In this document: positions 49,901 to 62,763 of the stretch, in pieces
Numbering within the stretch: position 1 is the first letter of the stretch
Layout of the letters: each line of letters starts with the position of its first letter
DNA from: Raja brachyura
Lineage: Eukaryota
Direction of reading: 5' to 3'
NCBI GenBank assembly: GCA_963514005.1
Contig: OY740800.1
Coordinates: 28,706,001-28,770,000, forward strand
DNA: 64,000 bases
Notes under the pieces: model-generated
What the model was told of the DNA's origin: nothing
Database searches by the model: none
Seen by the model: only the letters and a program-made list of their open reading frames with translations
Program-made: the position numbers and the translations under genes

Positions 49901-50692
49901 GCATCAGAACTGAGATGAGATAGTGGCCAAAATATTAGTTGGCCCTTGAGAGTTTGGTGGAGATGGGTGGCAGTTAACAAGAAATGTCAGCTGAAGCAGA
50001 TGCATTTGAGTTACCCCATTAACATTTGGGATAAAGCTTAATTACTCAAATGACATTACTGGTGCAGTTTCAAGAGTTGAGTGCCTACTTGTCAGATGCA
50101 TTGGATGTAAACTGGAAATATACAATTCTTTGGAGAAAAAATGACTTGCAAATGCTGGTTTACAAAAAAAAAGAGATGTCCTTTCTGGAAAACATGGATA
50201 GGTCACCTCTCCATGTTTTCCAGAGATGCTGCCTAATCCACTGAGTTACTCCAGCACTTTGTGTCTTCCAATGAAATCCTTATCTGCTTTCATCCAAAGA
50301 ACAATGTTTAGTGCTTGTAGTTATCAGCAAACAGTGCATCCACTTGGCTCAGTGAGTAATGATTAAATGCAGCTATCAATGCAGTGCATGAGGCTGCATT
50401 TGTCCATCCCCTGCACCTTCCAAGACAAACCTACCTTCTAACCTATTTGTACCTTTTAATCTAATAAAATGCTAGGATAGTGCTAGGGATCGCTGGTCGG
50501 CGCAGTCTCGGTGGGCCGAAGGGCCTGTTTCCGAGCTGTATCTCTAAACTAAACTAAGTCTGCACAGACTGAAAATTGTTTATGAAGTTGGAGTTATTGA
50601 AAAATCAGTCACCGCCGACCAGCATATTTAAGACTAAACCTAAAACCGTTTATTATATGGCAAAATCAATTCCAGAGGTGAACACCTAGAAA

Positions 50693-50839
50693 GCTTGTTC
50701 ATTCTCTTTATACCCTTCCATATCTCCAGCTTCTCCCATGACTCTCAGTCTGAAAAAGGGTCTTGACCCGAAATGCCACCCATTCCTTCTCTCCAGTGAT
50801 GCTGCCTGACCCTCTGAGTTACTCCAGCATTTTGTGTCT
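50693..50839 (+). mobile_element. PLE pLTR insert with a decayed hammerhead
   Basis: CAGTCTGAAAAAGGGTCTTGACCCGAAATGCC, flanked by ACCTAGAAA at 50684-50692 and 50840-50848. Confidence 0.7.
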
Positions 50840-51644
50840 ACCTAGAAATCACTGCTGGTTTGTGCAGATCTCTTTAACAATGGTGCAGGCCCTTGGTGCA
50901 ATCTCCCGACAATCCACAGCTAACAAGTCGGTCTTGTGCCTAGAAGCTCAATGTATTGGTCGGCATAAACCAATTTTGAACCCTGAAGGCAGATGTTGCT
51001 GTATTATCTTGAAACGTATCCTGGTTTATAAAAAGTAACAAACGCCCATTTTCTATTATGTACCTTTTTATTTTATCTCCTCCTTCCCTTGGGACAGGTG
51101 ACGAGAAATGTTGGGAATCATTTCTTTCACAAATGTTGCAGTGCCAGAGGCTACTGAGATTAAGCTAATTATATTATCCAGCCAGTGCCAAAACTGAGGC
51201 AATGAGAGGTTTTTTTTCTCTCAGAGAAAACCAATGAGAAATTGGAGGGACAGTCTGATTTGATTGAACACCCCATAGGGTGCAAAGCTCTGTAGTTTTC
51301 AGTTAAATGTCACTGACCATGTGGGTTTGAAGACATGTGATCTGTTTGGTGGATCCGTAACTACAGAATAAACAAGCAGTCATCTGGTATCCATTAAAAG
51401 GAATTTTACTGATTAAGTGAAATGAACATGGTCCCAGACATTTTGTGGCCAATCTCAGCCTTGTACATGAGCTAATGTATGGACAGAACAATTGAAAATA
51501 AACCTCAAAACGAGGAGTGAAAAATGCAACTGTTAAAGATAAACAGAATGCAAACACAATTCTCAGAATCTTGTAATTAACCTCTTTGCAACAAAGTCTC
51601 TGTAAAGCATGTTTGCTTAATCAACGAATCTGTTGTAACTCTAA

Positions 51645-51951
51645 AGGGCCTGTCCCACTGTACGAGGTAATTCAAGAGCTCTCTCGAGTTTAAAAAAAAA
51701 ATCAAACTCGTGGTAAGTACGTAGAATGTATGTAGCGGCTACGTCAGAGCTCGTGGATGTCTCATAGCGGCTCATAATGCCAGCGGCAGGTACTCGGGAA
51801 ACGCGGAAACTCGTGAAGTTTTTTCAGCACTGTGAAAAATGTCCATGCGGACTCGAGTACCTACGAACGGCTATTACCATCATTCTCTTTGTTCGAATCA
51901 GGGGAAACTCGTGAGAACTCTTGAATTACCTCGTACAGTGGGACAGGCCCT
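51645..51951. mobile_element. PIF/Harbinger-type MITE (307 bp)
   Basis: About 47-bp terminal inverted repeats AGGGCCTGTCCCACTGTACGAGGTAATTCAAGAG..CGAGTTT with 2 mismatches. TAA on both sides (51642-51644, 51952-51954). Confidence 0.85.
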
Positions 51952-52061
51952 TAACTCATACCAGGCACCCGGGTGAGTGGCTGGTTTATGGTAGTTTTGG
52001 ACAAAAGGAGTAGTTGGCAGACATTCGCCAACTACCTTTGCCTTATAACTTTGCCTTATAA

Positions 52062-52342
52062 TGGGTGGCACAGAGAGAACTGCTGCCTTACAGCACCAGA
52101 GACCCGGATTAAATCCTGACCGCTGGTGCTTTCTGTACGGAGTTTGTACATTCTCCCCGTGACTGCGTGGGTTTTTTCCGGGTGCTCCGGTTTTCTCCCA
52201 ACTCCAAAGACGTGCAGGTTTGCAGGTTAGTTGGCTTTGGTAAAGATTGTAAATTGTCCCTAGTGTGTGTAGGATAGTGCTAGTGTACGGGTCGGCGAAG
52301 TCTCGGTGGGTCGAAGGGTCTGTTTCTGCGCTGTATCACTTA
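52062..52342 (+). mobile_element. HE1-type V-SINE
   Basis: tRNA head, V-domain and CR1-like tail. Confidence 0.85.
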
Positions 52343-52639
52343 ATTCAGTCTGCTCAGACTGAAAATTGTTTATGAAGTTGAGTTATTGAAAAATCTGTCT
52401 ATGCCTACCAGCATATTTAAGACCAAAACTAAATCCAGTTATAAGATTGAAATGTGAGACCTCTTGGCAGACCTCCTGTACTTGGAGAGGATTTTTGTTG
52501 AGCAGTCAGCTGACTCGCGTGTGTTGAGTTAAATCCTGGAAATAAAGTGATCTTTCGCAACCGTTGACTAATCTTGTTGAGCAAATTTGAAATCCTTTAT
52601 GAGGGGCAAAGGGGTTGGCAATGGAAATAATTGTTTATC

Positions 52640-52880
52640 AGTTCAGTTTAGTTTATCGTCACATGTACAGTGAAAAGCTTTTGTTGCGTGCTAACCAGTC
52701 AGCAGAAAGACAATACATGATTGCAATCGATCCATTTACTGTGTACAGATCCATATACGTGATAAGGAAATAAAGTTTATGCAAAGGTAAAGCCAGCAAA
52801 GTCCAATCAAGGATAGTCCGAGGGTCACCAAAGAGGTGGATAGCAGTTCAGCACTGCTCCCTTGTTGTGGTAGGATGATT
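52640..52880 (-). mobile_element. Rex1/Babar-like LINE 3' tail
   Basis: TTTAGTTTATCGTCACATGTACAGTGAAAAGCTTTT matches the reverse of the tails at ~8250, 44325 and 60405. Confidence 0.55.
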
Positions 52881-53601
52881 CGACCTTGAGCATTGAGCAT
52901 GCTGGAAGGTATAGCCAGTCTCATTCTGTGTCATAAGTCGCCAGCATTGCCCACTGTTTCCAGGACAGATGGAGCTGGACACCACCCTACCAACCTTCCT
53001 CTTAAGCCTATCGAACAGAATGGATTCAGGGAGTTAACATGCATCTTGTACCCGCCAAAGCCATGTTAACGAGAATTCTTACAAAGAGGAATTTGTTAAA
53101 CAATTTCCCCCCGAGCAGGACAAGGGCTGAACAGCAGGAGTTGAGCAAGAAAGAAAGCTATGCGGCAGTAACTAACCTCTTGTTGCAGCAAGCCAGCGCT
53201 GACCACAGGATTCTGAGCTCATCTCAGCTGCAGTCTCTCTATCCTGCTGGATACTTCAGCCACATCGCCGACATGGAAAAAAAACTTGCTCTTAACTTGT
53301 TCTAGGCTCTTTGGGACAAGGTGACTGAGATATCTAGCCAAGAATCACACAGGATGTACAGATCACTAGTCAAGTGAAATCATATAACTGATACCAAAAA
53401 CACAATAAACTCTGATGTTCTCTGGCTTCTTCGGAATTGGCTCCAGAATTCCTAAACCACAGTGCTCCACAAAAATTGTAATAGCTAGATCTGTGCAATA
53501 TTCTCATATGGATATTCTCTCAGTTTCACTGACTTTAACTAGGTTTACAGTACACCTCTGTGTTAATGGAACTGAATGTTGGAAACACAGTTGTATTGGT
53601 T

Positions 53602-53917
53602 GGTTTAGTTTAGAGTTACAGCAAGGAAACAGGCCCTTCGGCCCACCGAGTCCGCACCAATTATCGATCACCCGTACATTGGTTCTATGTTATTTCACTT
53701 CTGCATCCTGCAAGCTAGGGAGAATTTACAGAAGGCCAATTAAAGTACAAACCTGCACGTCTTTTGGAATGTGGAAGGAAAACGGAGCAGCTGGAAAAAA
53801 CTCTTAAGGTCACAGGGAGAATGTACAAACTCCGCACAAAACAGCCCCCCATATCAGCCCCCTGGGTCTCTGGCACTATGAGGCCGCAACGTTACTGCTG
53901 TGCCACTGTGCCGCCCG
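53602..53917 (-). mobile_element. HE1-type V-SINE
   Basis: GTTTAGTTTAGAG tail through to the CCACTGTGCCGCCC head (reverse). Confidence 0.85.
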
Positions 53918-56648
53918 TGGTATATTTACAGTGTGACACAGACGCATTTCAAGAAGCATCCTAGACCACGGTATTCACCAACATCACGACCATGAGCACC
54001 TGGCCGTTACCAGAGCGCTGTTTGGGGGGGCTGGCTGGGTGTAAATTGCTGCTGGGCTCGATGTTACAACTATGACTGCACTTCAGGAAATACTTTGTTG
54101 ACTGTAAAGTGCTATGCTGAGGTTGTGAAAGACACTACATAAACACTCATTTTTTAATCTAAACACCACTTTGTCCTGACTAAGAATCCCAAAGTGAGAG
54201 ACCTTGCGTTCTCTTTTGACAGCCGCTGTTGCATTTTTCCTGAATGGTGCCACCCCTTTGGGAGAAGCAGTTAATTATATCGAAATGGTTAAATGAAACT
54301 TTTTGCAAAGCAATTAGCTGAGAAAAGCTTCATTGACCTGAACAAATAGCTGCCAAATATAGCTGGCACTCCAAAGCTTCTCTGAAAAAAGACTTTTATT
54401 TTTTTTTCATGCATAAACTACCTCACTTTACTCAAACCAAGAGCCTTGTTTTATCAGAGGTCATTTTCTCAGCTGTTTCTGTTGGCTCTTTCATGCCAGT
54501 CACTGACTGATGTGCATGGTTTCGAATATTTATGAACTGTCGAAGTTAATGGACATGATGTTGAGGATGGATATCTGCATTTTTCCTTCAGCTGTGTTAT
54601 TAATGAAGTAAGCAAAGAATACTGAGGATTGTTCTGTCATTTTTGCCCTGACAGAAAGTATGTATAAAATGCAAAGTTAAATATTTATGCTTCGAATATT
54701 TGGAATATAGTAATGCTTCACATGTTCTTTCATTTGACTTTTAACCTTGAGTCACTTGGTCACTTTACACAAGCACGAACGGCAAAGTCTGTGTTTCTGA
54801 CAGTTCTTTACATGTGCCCTTCAACAGTGAAGCTTGCTCACCCTCAGTCTGTAAATGGCATCAGAACCATGCTGAAATACATCTCTCATCTGTGGCTCCC
54901 ACTATCCCCCCTCCCCCTGACACAGAGTAGGTGCAAGCACGAAAATGCTTTGTCCATGGTCTCCTCTCCTCGGCCCTTGGTCGGGCAACAAGCCACCCAG
55001 CCCTGGCACTCACAGACAGCAGTCTAGTGCTTCAGATACTGGATGAAACTCGCATTGACCCTGGGACAGAAATTTGGGGCATTTTAGAAAAGAATCAGAT
55101 GATTTATTTATCTTGGTAAACCATGAGAATTGCAATCCCGATCCATTGAGTGAATCAAAATCTGATGTTAAGCACAAGGTCCCTACCATCATGTGATAGC
55201 TAATTTAATATTATAAATCCAGATGACCTTTTGTCACAGATTCAATGCCGAACACCAGTTAGTTAAGCAACTAATTCATGTTCTATAAACAGTTCTGCTC
55301 GAGATTTCAACTAAATAAGTATGAGGATTGAAGGTGACTGTGAGCAGGCCAGCTAATGGACAAAATACACAGATAGGGCTAGTAGGCATCCTTCATGGAA
55401 AAAATATTTTTATTCGAAAACCTGTCGGCTTTGAAAGGAGAAGAGATGACTGTTTAGAAAGTGGTTGTAATCCCTCCACCGCCTGATCACTCACATGAAA
55501 ACATAAAGGCTGTGCACTGTAGCTGTCAAACTGAGGCACCGCGAAACAGTTTGCCATTGAATGGAACTGTTCCATGGTGACCTGTTGCTCTTCAATGGCA
55601 ACAGTTGCCATGTTGTGTTGACTTGCTGGACTCTGAAATTATCCTGACATTTGCTGCATTTTCTACCTCCATCACGTGCAGTATTGCTAATTACAAAGGT
55701 GATACAGTACAGAGAGATTGTTTGACTAGCATTTTTGCCTGTTTCATTGGGAAGTGCAAGTTCCCAAAGGGCAATGTTTTCCAGGACTGAGCATGGGGAT
55801 AAAGCCTTTATCACAATGAAATACAAACCAGTTGTTTTTTTTCTCCTTGTTTTGCTGTATTAAATGGCTTGTCAACAGGGTACATCTGGAGTGAATTTAC
55901 CAATTACACAAGTCTCATAATGAGAGCCTGCTGCTTTATAAGGACGCAGGACAGCTTGGAATCAAACTGTGCAGTATTAATAAGGAGCATGATAACCCAT
56001 TTGCAGGAACTTTTTGTCCACTGTTTGAGCACAGCCATAACAACATGATAAAGAAAGGGATTTTTGGCTTCATTACACTCAGGTAAAGAAGAGTGACACA
56101 CAAATGCTTTGTATGTCCCTTATTAAAACTGAGCAACATACGTTGACTTATTGGAGCTCAATCATATGATGTATCAAAAGGGCTTGAGGCAGGTTTCTGT
56201 TTGGTTTATGTGCTGCCAATCTGGGTTTCCTGGTGACAATTTCCTAGATTTTAAGCACAACATGAAAAGGTCCCGTGGACGGGTGATGTTGCAGCACACA
56301 TCCGGTTCCAAGGCTGCACTGGGACTCTTATGTTCCAATTTTTTGGGAAAAGTTTCCTACTCTTATTATTACAGCACAAGCATTCAGCTTCAATCTAAAA
56401 TGATCCAGAATATATTTAGTACCACAGATCTTCAGCAGGCTTCAGAGAAGGACAAATTATGTTGAAGAAATTGTTCATAACTGTTGAATGATAACTTGTC
56501 TAGGAATTCCTGACAATGCACTTTGAATGCAAGCTAATTCAGCATGGACTCTCACTGATTTGGTATTAAACTGCCTGCAACTTGTCTCCCCACAGATCCT
56601 TTGTGTACTGAATCACTGCTGTCTGCTGGACTCAATCTTGGTGCCCAC

Positions 56649-56780
56649 ATGGCTTTTGAAATGGAGCAAAAAGTAAGCAAGCTGACCTTTGGATTCCAGC
56701 GCAGTTCAACGTCAGATGACGACTCCGGCTGTGTTTTGGAAGAGTATGCATGGGTTCCACCAGGTCTAAAACCAGAACAG
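56649..56780 (+). CDS. prickle1: Prickle-like protein 1, first coding exon (the exon starts at 56596 with 53 nt of 5'UTR)
   Basis: Encodes [44 protein letters not shown], the Prickle N-terminus/PET start. Acceptor ctccccacag ends at 56595 and donor CAG|gtaggt starts at 56781. 132 coding nt, as recalled for human PRICKLE1. Confidence 0.95.
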
Positions 56781-59029
56781 GTAGGTGGACATGTCCATCT
56801 TGTGGCACAATTTCTACCAAATAATGTCGATGTGAAAGAGAAAACCTTTGGCTAAATGCAGGTTTACAGAAAATCCTCTTCCTCTCTAATTTATTATTGA
56901 TAGTTTAGTCCCCTCGTCTCTGGCTCAGTGCTGTGTTCATTTCAGGAAAGCAGATCTGTTTCTCCCCAAGAGCTTCTCCACCCACTGTTGCCATCCTGTA
57001 TTGTCTAGTGGGAGGTGGTTATTTCCCGTACACCATGGACATTCAGCGCTCAAACAGGAACCTGGCCAAAGCTGTGTCTGCAGAAGGAGCAGCTTTGCAT
57101 ATCAATGGAAGGTGCTAATATTGCATCACACGAGATAACAGGGCCAAACTCAGCAATTTAACTTTTAATCTTTATTGATCAACTATATGGCCTTGTAATC
57201 ATCATTAACATATTAAAAGATGTACTGCAATTTTAAAGCTTGACCAGTTAACAAAATCAACACTAATGTTCAGAATCGTGCTGCCAGCAAATGTGAAAAC
57301 GTTAAGAGAATGATCTTGATACAATCCTGTCCTCATTATAGATAATTCTATACCTACAAATCCCCAAGAAAATAAATTTCCAAATTGACAACATTGATTC
57401 CAATCTATAACTAACTAACCTTTGGTGTGTGTTCTTTGAAAGAGGTTGGCTGTTTTAATGTGCTTTCCTGCAGCCTTAATAAACTACATGAAAATATAAT
57501 GATGAGGGTACTGGATGTTATGGTGAATAAAAGTGTGTGACCAGAGAAATAACATTTCCCATCATGAAAACTAGCTGTACCTCAATCTGTCGGGAACAAG
57601 TGGCTTCTGTTATGGGCAGTGTTTCAAATGGATGTTGCGTGAAGATAGGATGTTGCAAATCACTGGATTGCATAGGTGCAGCTGAACTTTCCAGCAAGTC
57701 ATTTATTGTCCAATAATTGAGCATGAGCTTTGAGGAGTGGGGGGCTGTTCAAGTTTTGATCTGTTGTGCAGGTGCACCTGGATTAATAGACTTTTTTCCC
57801 TTCTGAAAACGGGGATCATTGTTTTAGAAGCACATGCCTTTCCTAATGAGCAGATTCTGAGTAACAACTTGTTGGCACATCCCATCAGTGCAATAAATGT
57901 ATTGTAGCCTTGTCGTTTAGGAGGGCAATATCTGACCATACAATCAGCACTTAATATATATTTTTTAAAGAGATGGAGTTTATGTCACAGAAATGTAATC
58001 CTATAAAATCCTCACACATAAGTGAGATTGATATGTGGCTGGCAGCAAAAGCACTTACTCAATTTAAGTTGGCTCCTTTAAAAATCTTAATCAAACACTG
58101 ATAAGGCCTATTGCTTGGTCGTGCAGGTTCCAAGATTGGGCACGTGCTTGTCGGAGTTTTAATTTTGTGGAGTCAACAATGGAGGTAGCTGTTTCTCAGC
58201 AGCTTTGTTAGTTTTTGGGGTGTTTCAGATTAGCAGGACTTTATAGCTGGCTTAGATCTGAAGACATGAGCCATCAATGTTACTGTAGCGTCACAGGTTA
58301 TCCCAGGGCTGTTTGCTTTGTTGAGTCTCAACCAGCTGTTCAAGGTTTCAGCACCAGTTTAGTTGTGGAATTTATAGCAGTTTTTCAGTCAAGGCTAGCA
58401 TCTAATTTGTCCAATGTACACACTACAGAAATAATTGTTTAATAAGAATGTTTTGTGTGTGTGTGTGTCTCTGTGTCTGTGTGCAATTTAGCATGAAGAA
58501 GATTTAAAAAATCACCGGAAAAAGTTTTTTAAAAAACTGATGCGATGCAGCTTTCACCAGCATGTTATTTGTGGATTGAAACATTATTAATCTATGGCAA
58601 TGCAATGCGATTTATTGCCGCAGCTGATGAAGGTTTTATTTCCTATTGGTCACAGCGGCACAACTGGCAAGGTTTCTGGTACCAAACCCTCCAATGATGC
58701 AGCCGCCCCTTTCCCTGCCCAAAGCAGCACCAGCATCCATCCTGTCGAGTCAGCTTCCCCTTGGCCCAAACATTCGACTGCAGGCTATTTGTTTTTCTTT
58801 CAAGTATTTAAGGAACCAAACTTTGGCAGTATGGCCAATGTTAACATCATAGCCATTATAATGGAATAATTTACTCAACATCAAAAGATTCCACACTTCT
58901 ACCATTCTGCCCTCTTGTTCTTCTGTGTTTTATTTACTCCGTCTTGGTGGGGTGTTGTCAGCCACCCTGGACTGTTTTACAAACTTACTACTCGAGCAAC
59001 TCCCATCTCATCTGCACCAACCACCCCCC

Positions 59030-59460
59030 AAATCACCAGTCGTCCCTTCCTCTCTCCTCCTTCCTTCTCCCATTTAGGGTCCTCCTTCTTCCACTCTAGG
59101 ACTATCCTTGCCTCCCCTTCCCCCACCCTACCACGCATGCTCCACCCCCACACCCCTCACTTGCCCCTTGTACCCATGACCTCTCCCGTCCTACCCCACC
59201 CCTTCTTGCCACAACCCCTCTCCCACCATGCCCACTCCACCCTCACCCCTGCCCCCTCTCCCCTGCCCCCTCCCTCTTTCCTGCCCCTCCCCCCATTTCA
59301 CACCTCCCCCTCCCTCTCCCGCCCTTCCTCTGCCCGCCTAACCCCCCCCCCCCCCGCACTTCTCTCCTGCCCTTCCACCCCCTATCTCTCCCTCTCCCTC
59401 CCCCTCTCTGGTGCCCCTCCCCTCCCTCCCTCTCTCGCCCAGACGCCCATCCTTCCCCGA
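59030..59460 (+). repeat. C/T-rich low-complexity tract in a prickle1 intron
   Basis: About 430 bp dominated by C runs. The Pro-rich ORF 58915-59469 is a by-product of this composition. Confidence 0.85.
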
Positions 59461-60635
59461 GTAATGTAGCCAACTATAGCTTCCCATAGGGGCTGGGCTG
59501 AGAACAGACCTATTTTATCCACAGAGAGAGGAAATAATCGCTGTATTTCCAATCTGTTTAGATTGACTTTCTCCACTGTCTTCCATTCCTACTCCCAGAA
59601 GTGTCCAGCTGACTCCAGATCTATGGAGGAGGGATCTAAATTCCCGGCACCCGGAGACCCATGTTGGGAGGTGTACAACGGTAGAGCCCTATTTTAGGCC
59701 CTGTGTCTGATTTGACGACAAATAATTATTTGCAATTACCAGCCATTACATTTGACTAGAATATCCTCTCGCCAGATGCTGTACTGTAATCAATTAGTGC
59801 CTGTACAGTCAGAAAACCCGCTGTCTGGTAGAATCATGGCGTGATCCCAAGGCTGGAAGGAATTTTCTGCGGCCACATTTCAGAGCACACATGGAAGTGA
59901 TGAAGTCATCCTGCCCGCCTGTGCAAGATCAGGAAAGCCAAGCCTTTTTAAAAGCCTGTTGACTAGTGCAGCCCTGGAGATGATCGAGATGATGGTGGGT
60001 CTGGCTCAGGTGGGTGTGCTGCAAGCAGGCTTGTCACAGCTCTGGTAATTGTTGGCAGATCTGCAGTCGGTTGACTGGACCTCTGCACACTTTAAAGGGG
60101 CCAGGCCGGGTTAAGAGCCACATTTAAGCACGAGTAATCTGCCATGCTTAAATTGTCACTTCAAGTTGCACTCCAGACTCGGCAGCTGCTGGCTGCCGGT
60201 CAATTTGAAGCAGTCCACTGCCGCAGACTTCAATGATCTCTGGGGCTCCGAATGGTCAAAGCATCATAAAACCTGTCAGCCTGCTGTTCAGTGTAACATC
60301 TCACCAAGCTCATAAATTGCAAACCCCTGTTTTTGTTTTAGTTAATTGGAAGTCGCTTGCTGCAAAACCTGGTGTCTGATGTATAGAAAGAGAATGAGTC
60401 AATTTGAGTTTACTGTCATGTGTCTGGTGAGGTACAGGTACAATAAAAATCTTGCTTGCAGCAGTGTCACTGGCACATGGACACACAAAAAACATCAAGT
60501 GTAAGACAAGACAGTGAAAGGAAAAAGATTGCAAAACCAAGACATGGGTACAGAACCCTTGTACAATGTCACTCGGTGACCTACTTTACACGGTAACGTT
60601 TTGTATTTGGGTTGATCTTTTAAAGCTTTGGTTGA

Positions 60636-60830
<195 letters not shown>

Positions 60831-61451
60831 TAGACCATTAGTGAAAGGACATAACCTTCCACTGCCTTTCCTGTCTGTGTGGCTGCCCAGGTTTATAACC
60901 CTGTTATAGGAACTGTGCCCACTGCCTGAAGCTGACAATTAGCACGCCCTGCACAGGCTGCATTGTTTAACGGAGCCAGCGTCCTTGTGCCTTTGTGAGT
61001 GAGTGCCGTTGCCTGGTGCTCAGCCTCTGCCTCTGGACACCTGCTGCCCCCGGCCGTTCGTTTGCTGGCCCTCCTCATGTGGCTGACATTAAAGACCCTG
61101 CTCTGGAGGGAGGGTGGGGGGAGAGGAACAGCGGTCTTTGTGGAAGTGCGTTCCTGCTGCTTGATGGAAACACTGTGCTCCTGTGTACATGTTGCTGGAG
61201 CACAAATAAATAAACCACAGCTCATATTTGCACTCGGTCCGTGTTTCACAAATTACAAAGTGCAGCAGGAGGGAGCTGAGGTGCTGGAGTGCTGCAAACA
61301 CTGTTCCCTCCTATTTCAACTCCCTCTCTGTTCATTTAAGTCTTTTTAAAAACCCGCTCTTGTCTCGCTGCCCGAAGTTCACTCTGAGAAGACAGCAATC
61401 AATTTGTGTGTCCCACTCTTATCTGAAGCTGCAGCTGATATCATTTTGACC

Positions 61452-61577
61452 ACAAGGGTCTCAACCCAAAACGTCACCCATTCCTTCCCTCCAGAGATGC
61501 TGCCTGTCCCGCTGAGTTACTCTAGCTTTTTGTGTCCATCTTCGGTTTAAACCAGCACCTGCAGTGCCTTTCTACAC
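61452..61577 (+). mobile_element. PLE pLTR arm plus tail
   Basis: AAGGGTCTCAACCCAAAACGTCACCC...TTTAAACCAGCACCTGCAG. Confidence 0.7.
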
Positions 61578-62441
61578 TTTCCACACAAGCTGCCGTTGAA
61601 TCTCACAGTAGCTATGTAACCTCATCTATCCCATATGAGCTGTGTCCTGGAAAATTAGCACTATGTATAAAACTGTAAGTACTTACTCGTTGGTGAAAGC
61701 ACACAGGTTATCTGATAGACGAGGTAGCATTTCCCAAGCCTCTTCATATTGGCGCTATAAGGAATTGTGCGAGGGATCCTTCATCCTGGGTCATGAAAGA
61801 ACTGTTTCATCAGAAGTTGTGAATGAAGGGAACGGTTCTACACACACCAGCCAGAGCAAGCAACATTCTCTTGAATTCTAGGAATTAAATACCTATTACG
61901 GTCTCCTCTGCCTATCGCTCTGCTACCTGCGAAGCCACCCCAAATGGTGTTTAATTTGTATTTCTCCTTCCTCTCTGTGCTTCCTCTCTTTGGGATATCT
62001 CCTCCTTGACAGCCTTCTTTGTTGGCAAGGCATGTTGGCACTGAAGTCGGTGGTCCTGAATGTTGTCTATGGATAGAGATCTTTCTGCCCCATCCAAGGT
62101 GCTGAGGTTAAATGTGCACATTTACACGTTAAGGGCAATGTTAGGGGCAATACAGACGGCACCTGAATGAAAGCCGGGTTTCTGGCGCTGTGAGGCAGCA
62201 GCTCCACCCGTTGTGCATCTGATGTTACAAGTTCCCCAGGAACAGTCTCCCCAGGAGCTCTGTCCAGTCTCTTTAAGGGACATCCAGGTGAGGGGTCTTT
62301 ATCGCATGGGTGGGGAACCTGTGGAATTCTCTGTCTCCCTGGGCTGATCTTCCCGTCGCACTATATTGTGTGTTGGAGCTTTGAGGTGCTTCCACGGGTT
62401 GTTGGTAGAAAGTTAATAAAGTGTTCCGTGTATATTTTCAG

Positions 62442-62579
62442 ATGCGTTACTGCCAGTCGCTGAGCGAGGAGGAGAAGAAGGAACTGCAGCTCTTTAGTGC
62501 CCAGAGGAAGAAGGAGGCTCTGGGCCGAGGAACCATCAAGCAGCTGCCCCGAGCGCTGATGCACACCGTCTGTGATCAG
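62442..62579 (+). CDS. prickle1: prickle1 coding exon 3 (end of PET, start of LIM1)
   Basis: Encodes [46 protein letters not shown]. ttttcag acceptor, CAG|gtacac donor, 138 nt. Confidence 0.96.
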
Positions 62580-62763
62580 GTACACAGGAACCGTCAGCAG
62601 ACAAGCAATATATCCAGCTTCACTCGCTCGTGCCTCTCACCCCTCCCTTCCTCTCCCCCCCTCCCCCTCCTCTCTCCCCCCCTCCCCGCCCTTAGTGTGA
62701 GCAAGGATATAGTTCCTAATCACCCTCCACTCTCCCCCTACCCTCTCCAATCATATCTTTCAG

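Noticed and set aside
52036-52061. 13-bp tandem duplication CTTTGCCTTATAA before a SINE as its TSD
   Set aside because: Both copies are on the same side of the SINE, so it is most likely a simple slippage duplication.
198-55900. The many 60-160 aa ORFs in the six-frame track as host genes
   Set aside because: They are CR1, Rex1, RTE or Penelope fragments, translations of SINEs and pLTRs, microsatellite or N-spanning artefacts, or have no recognisable domain or splice context.
58915-59469. 184-aa proline-rich ORF
   Set aside because: By-product of a C-rich low-complexity tract inside a prickle1 intron.
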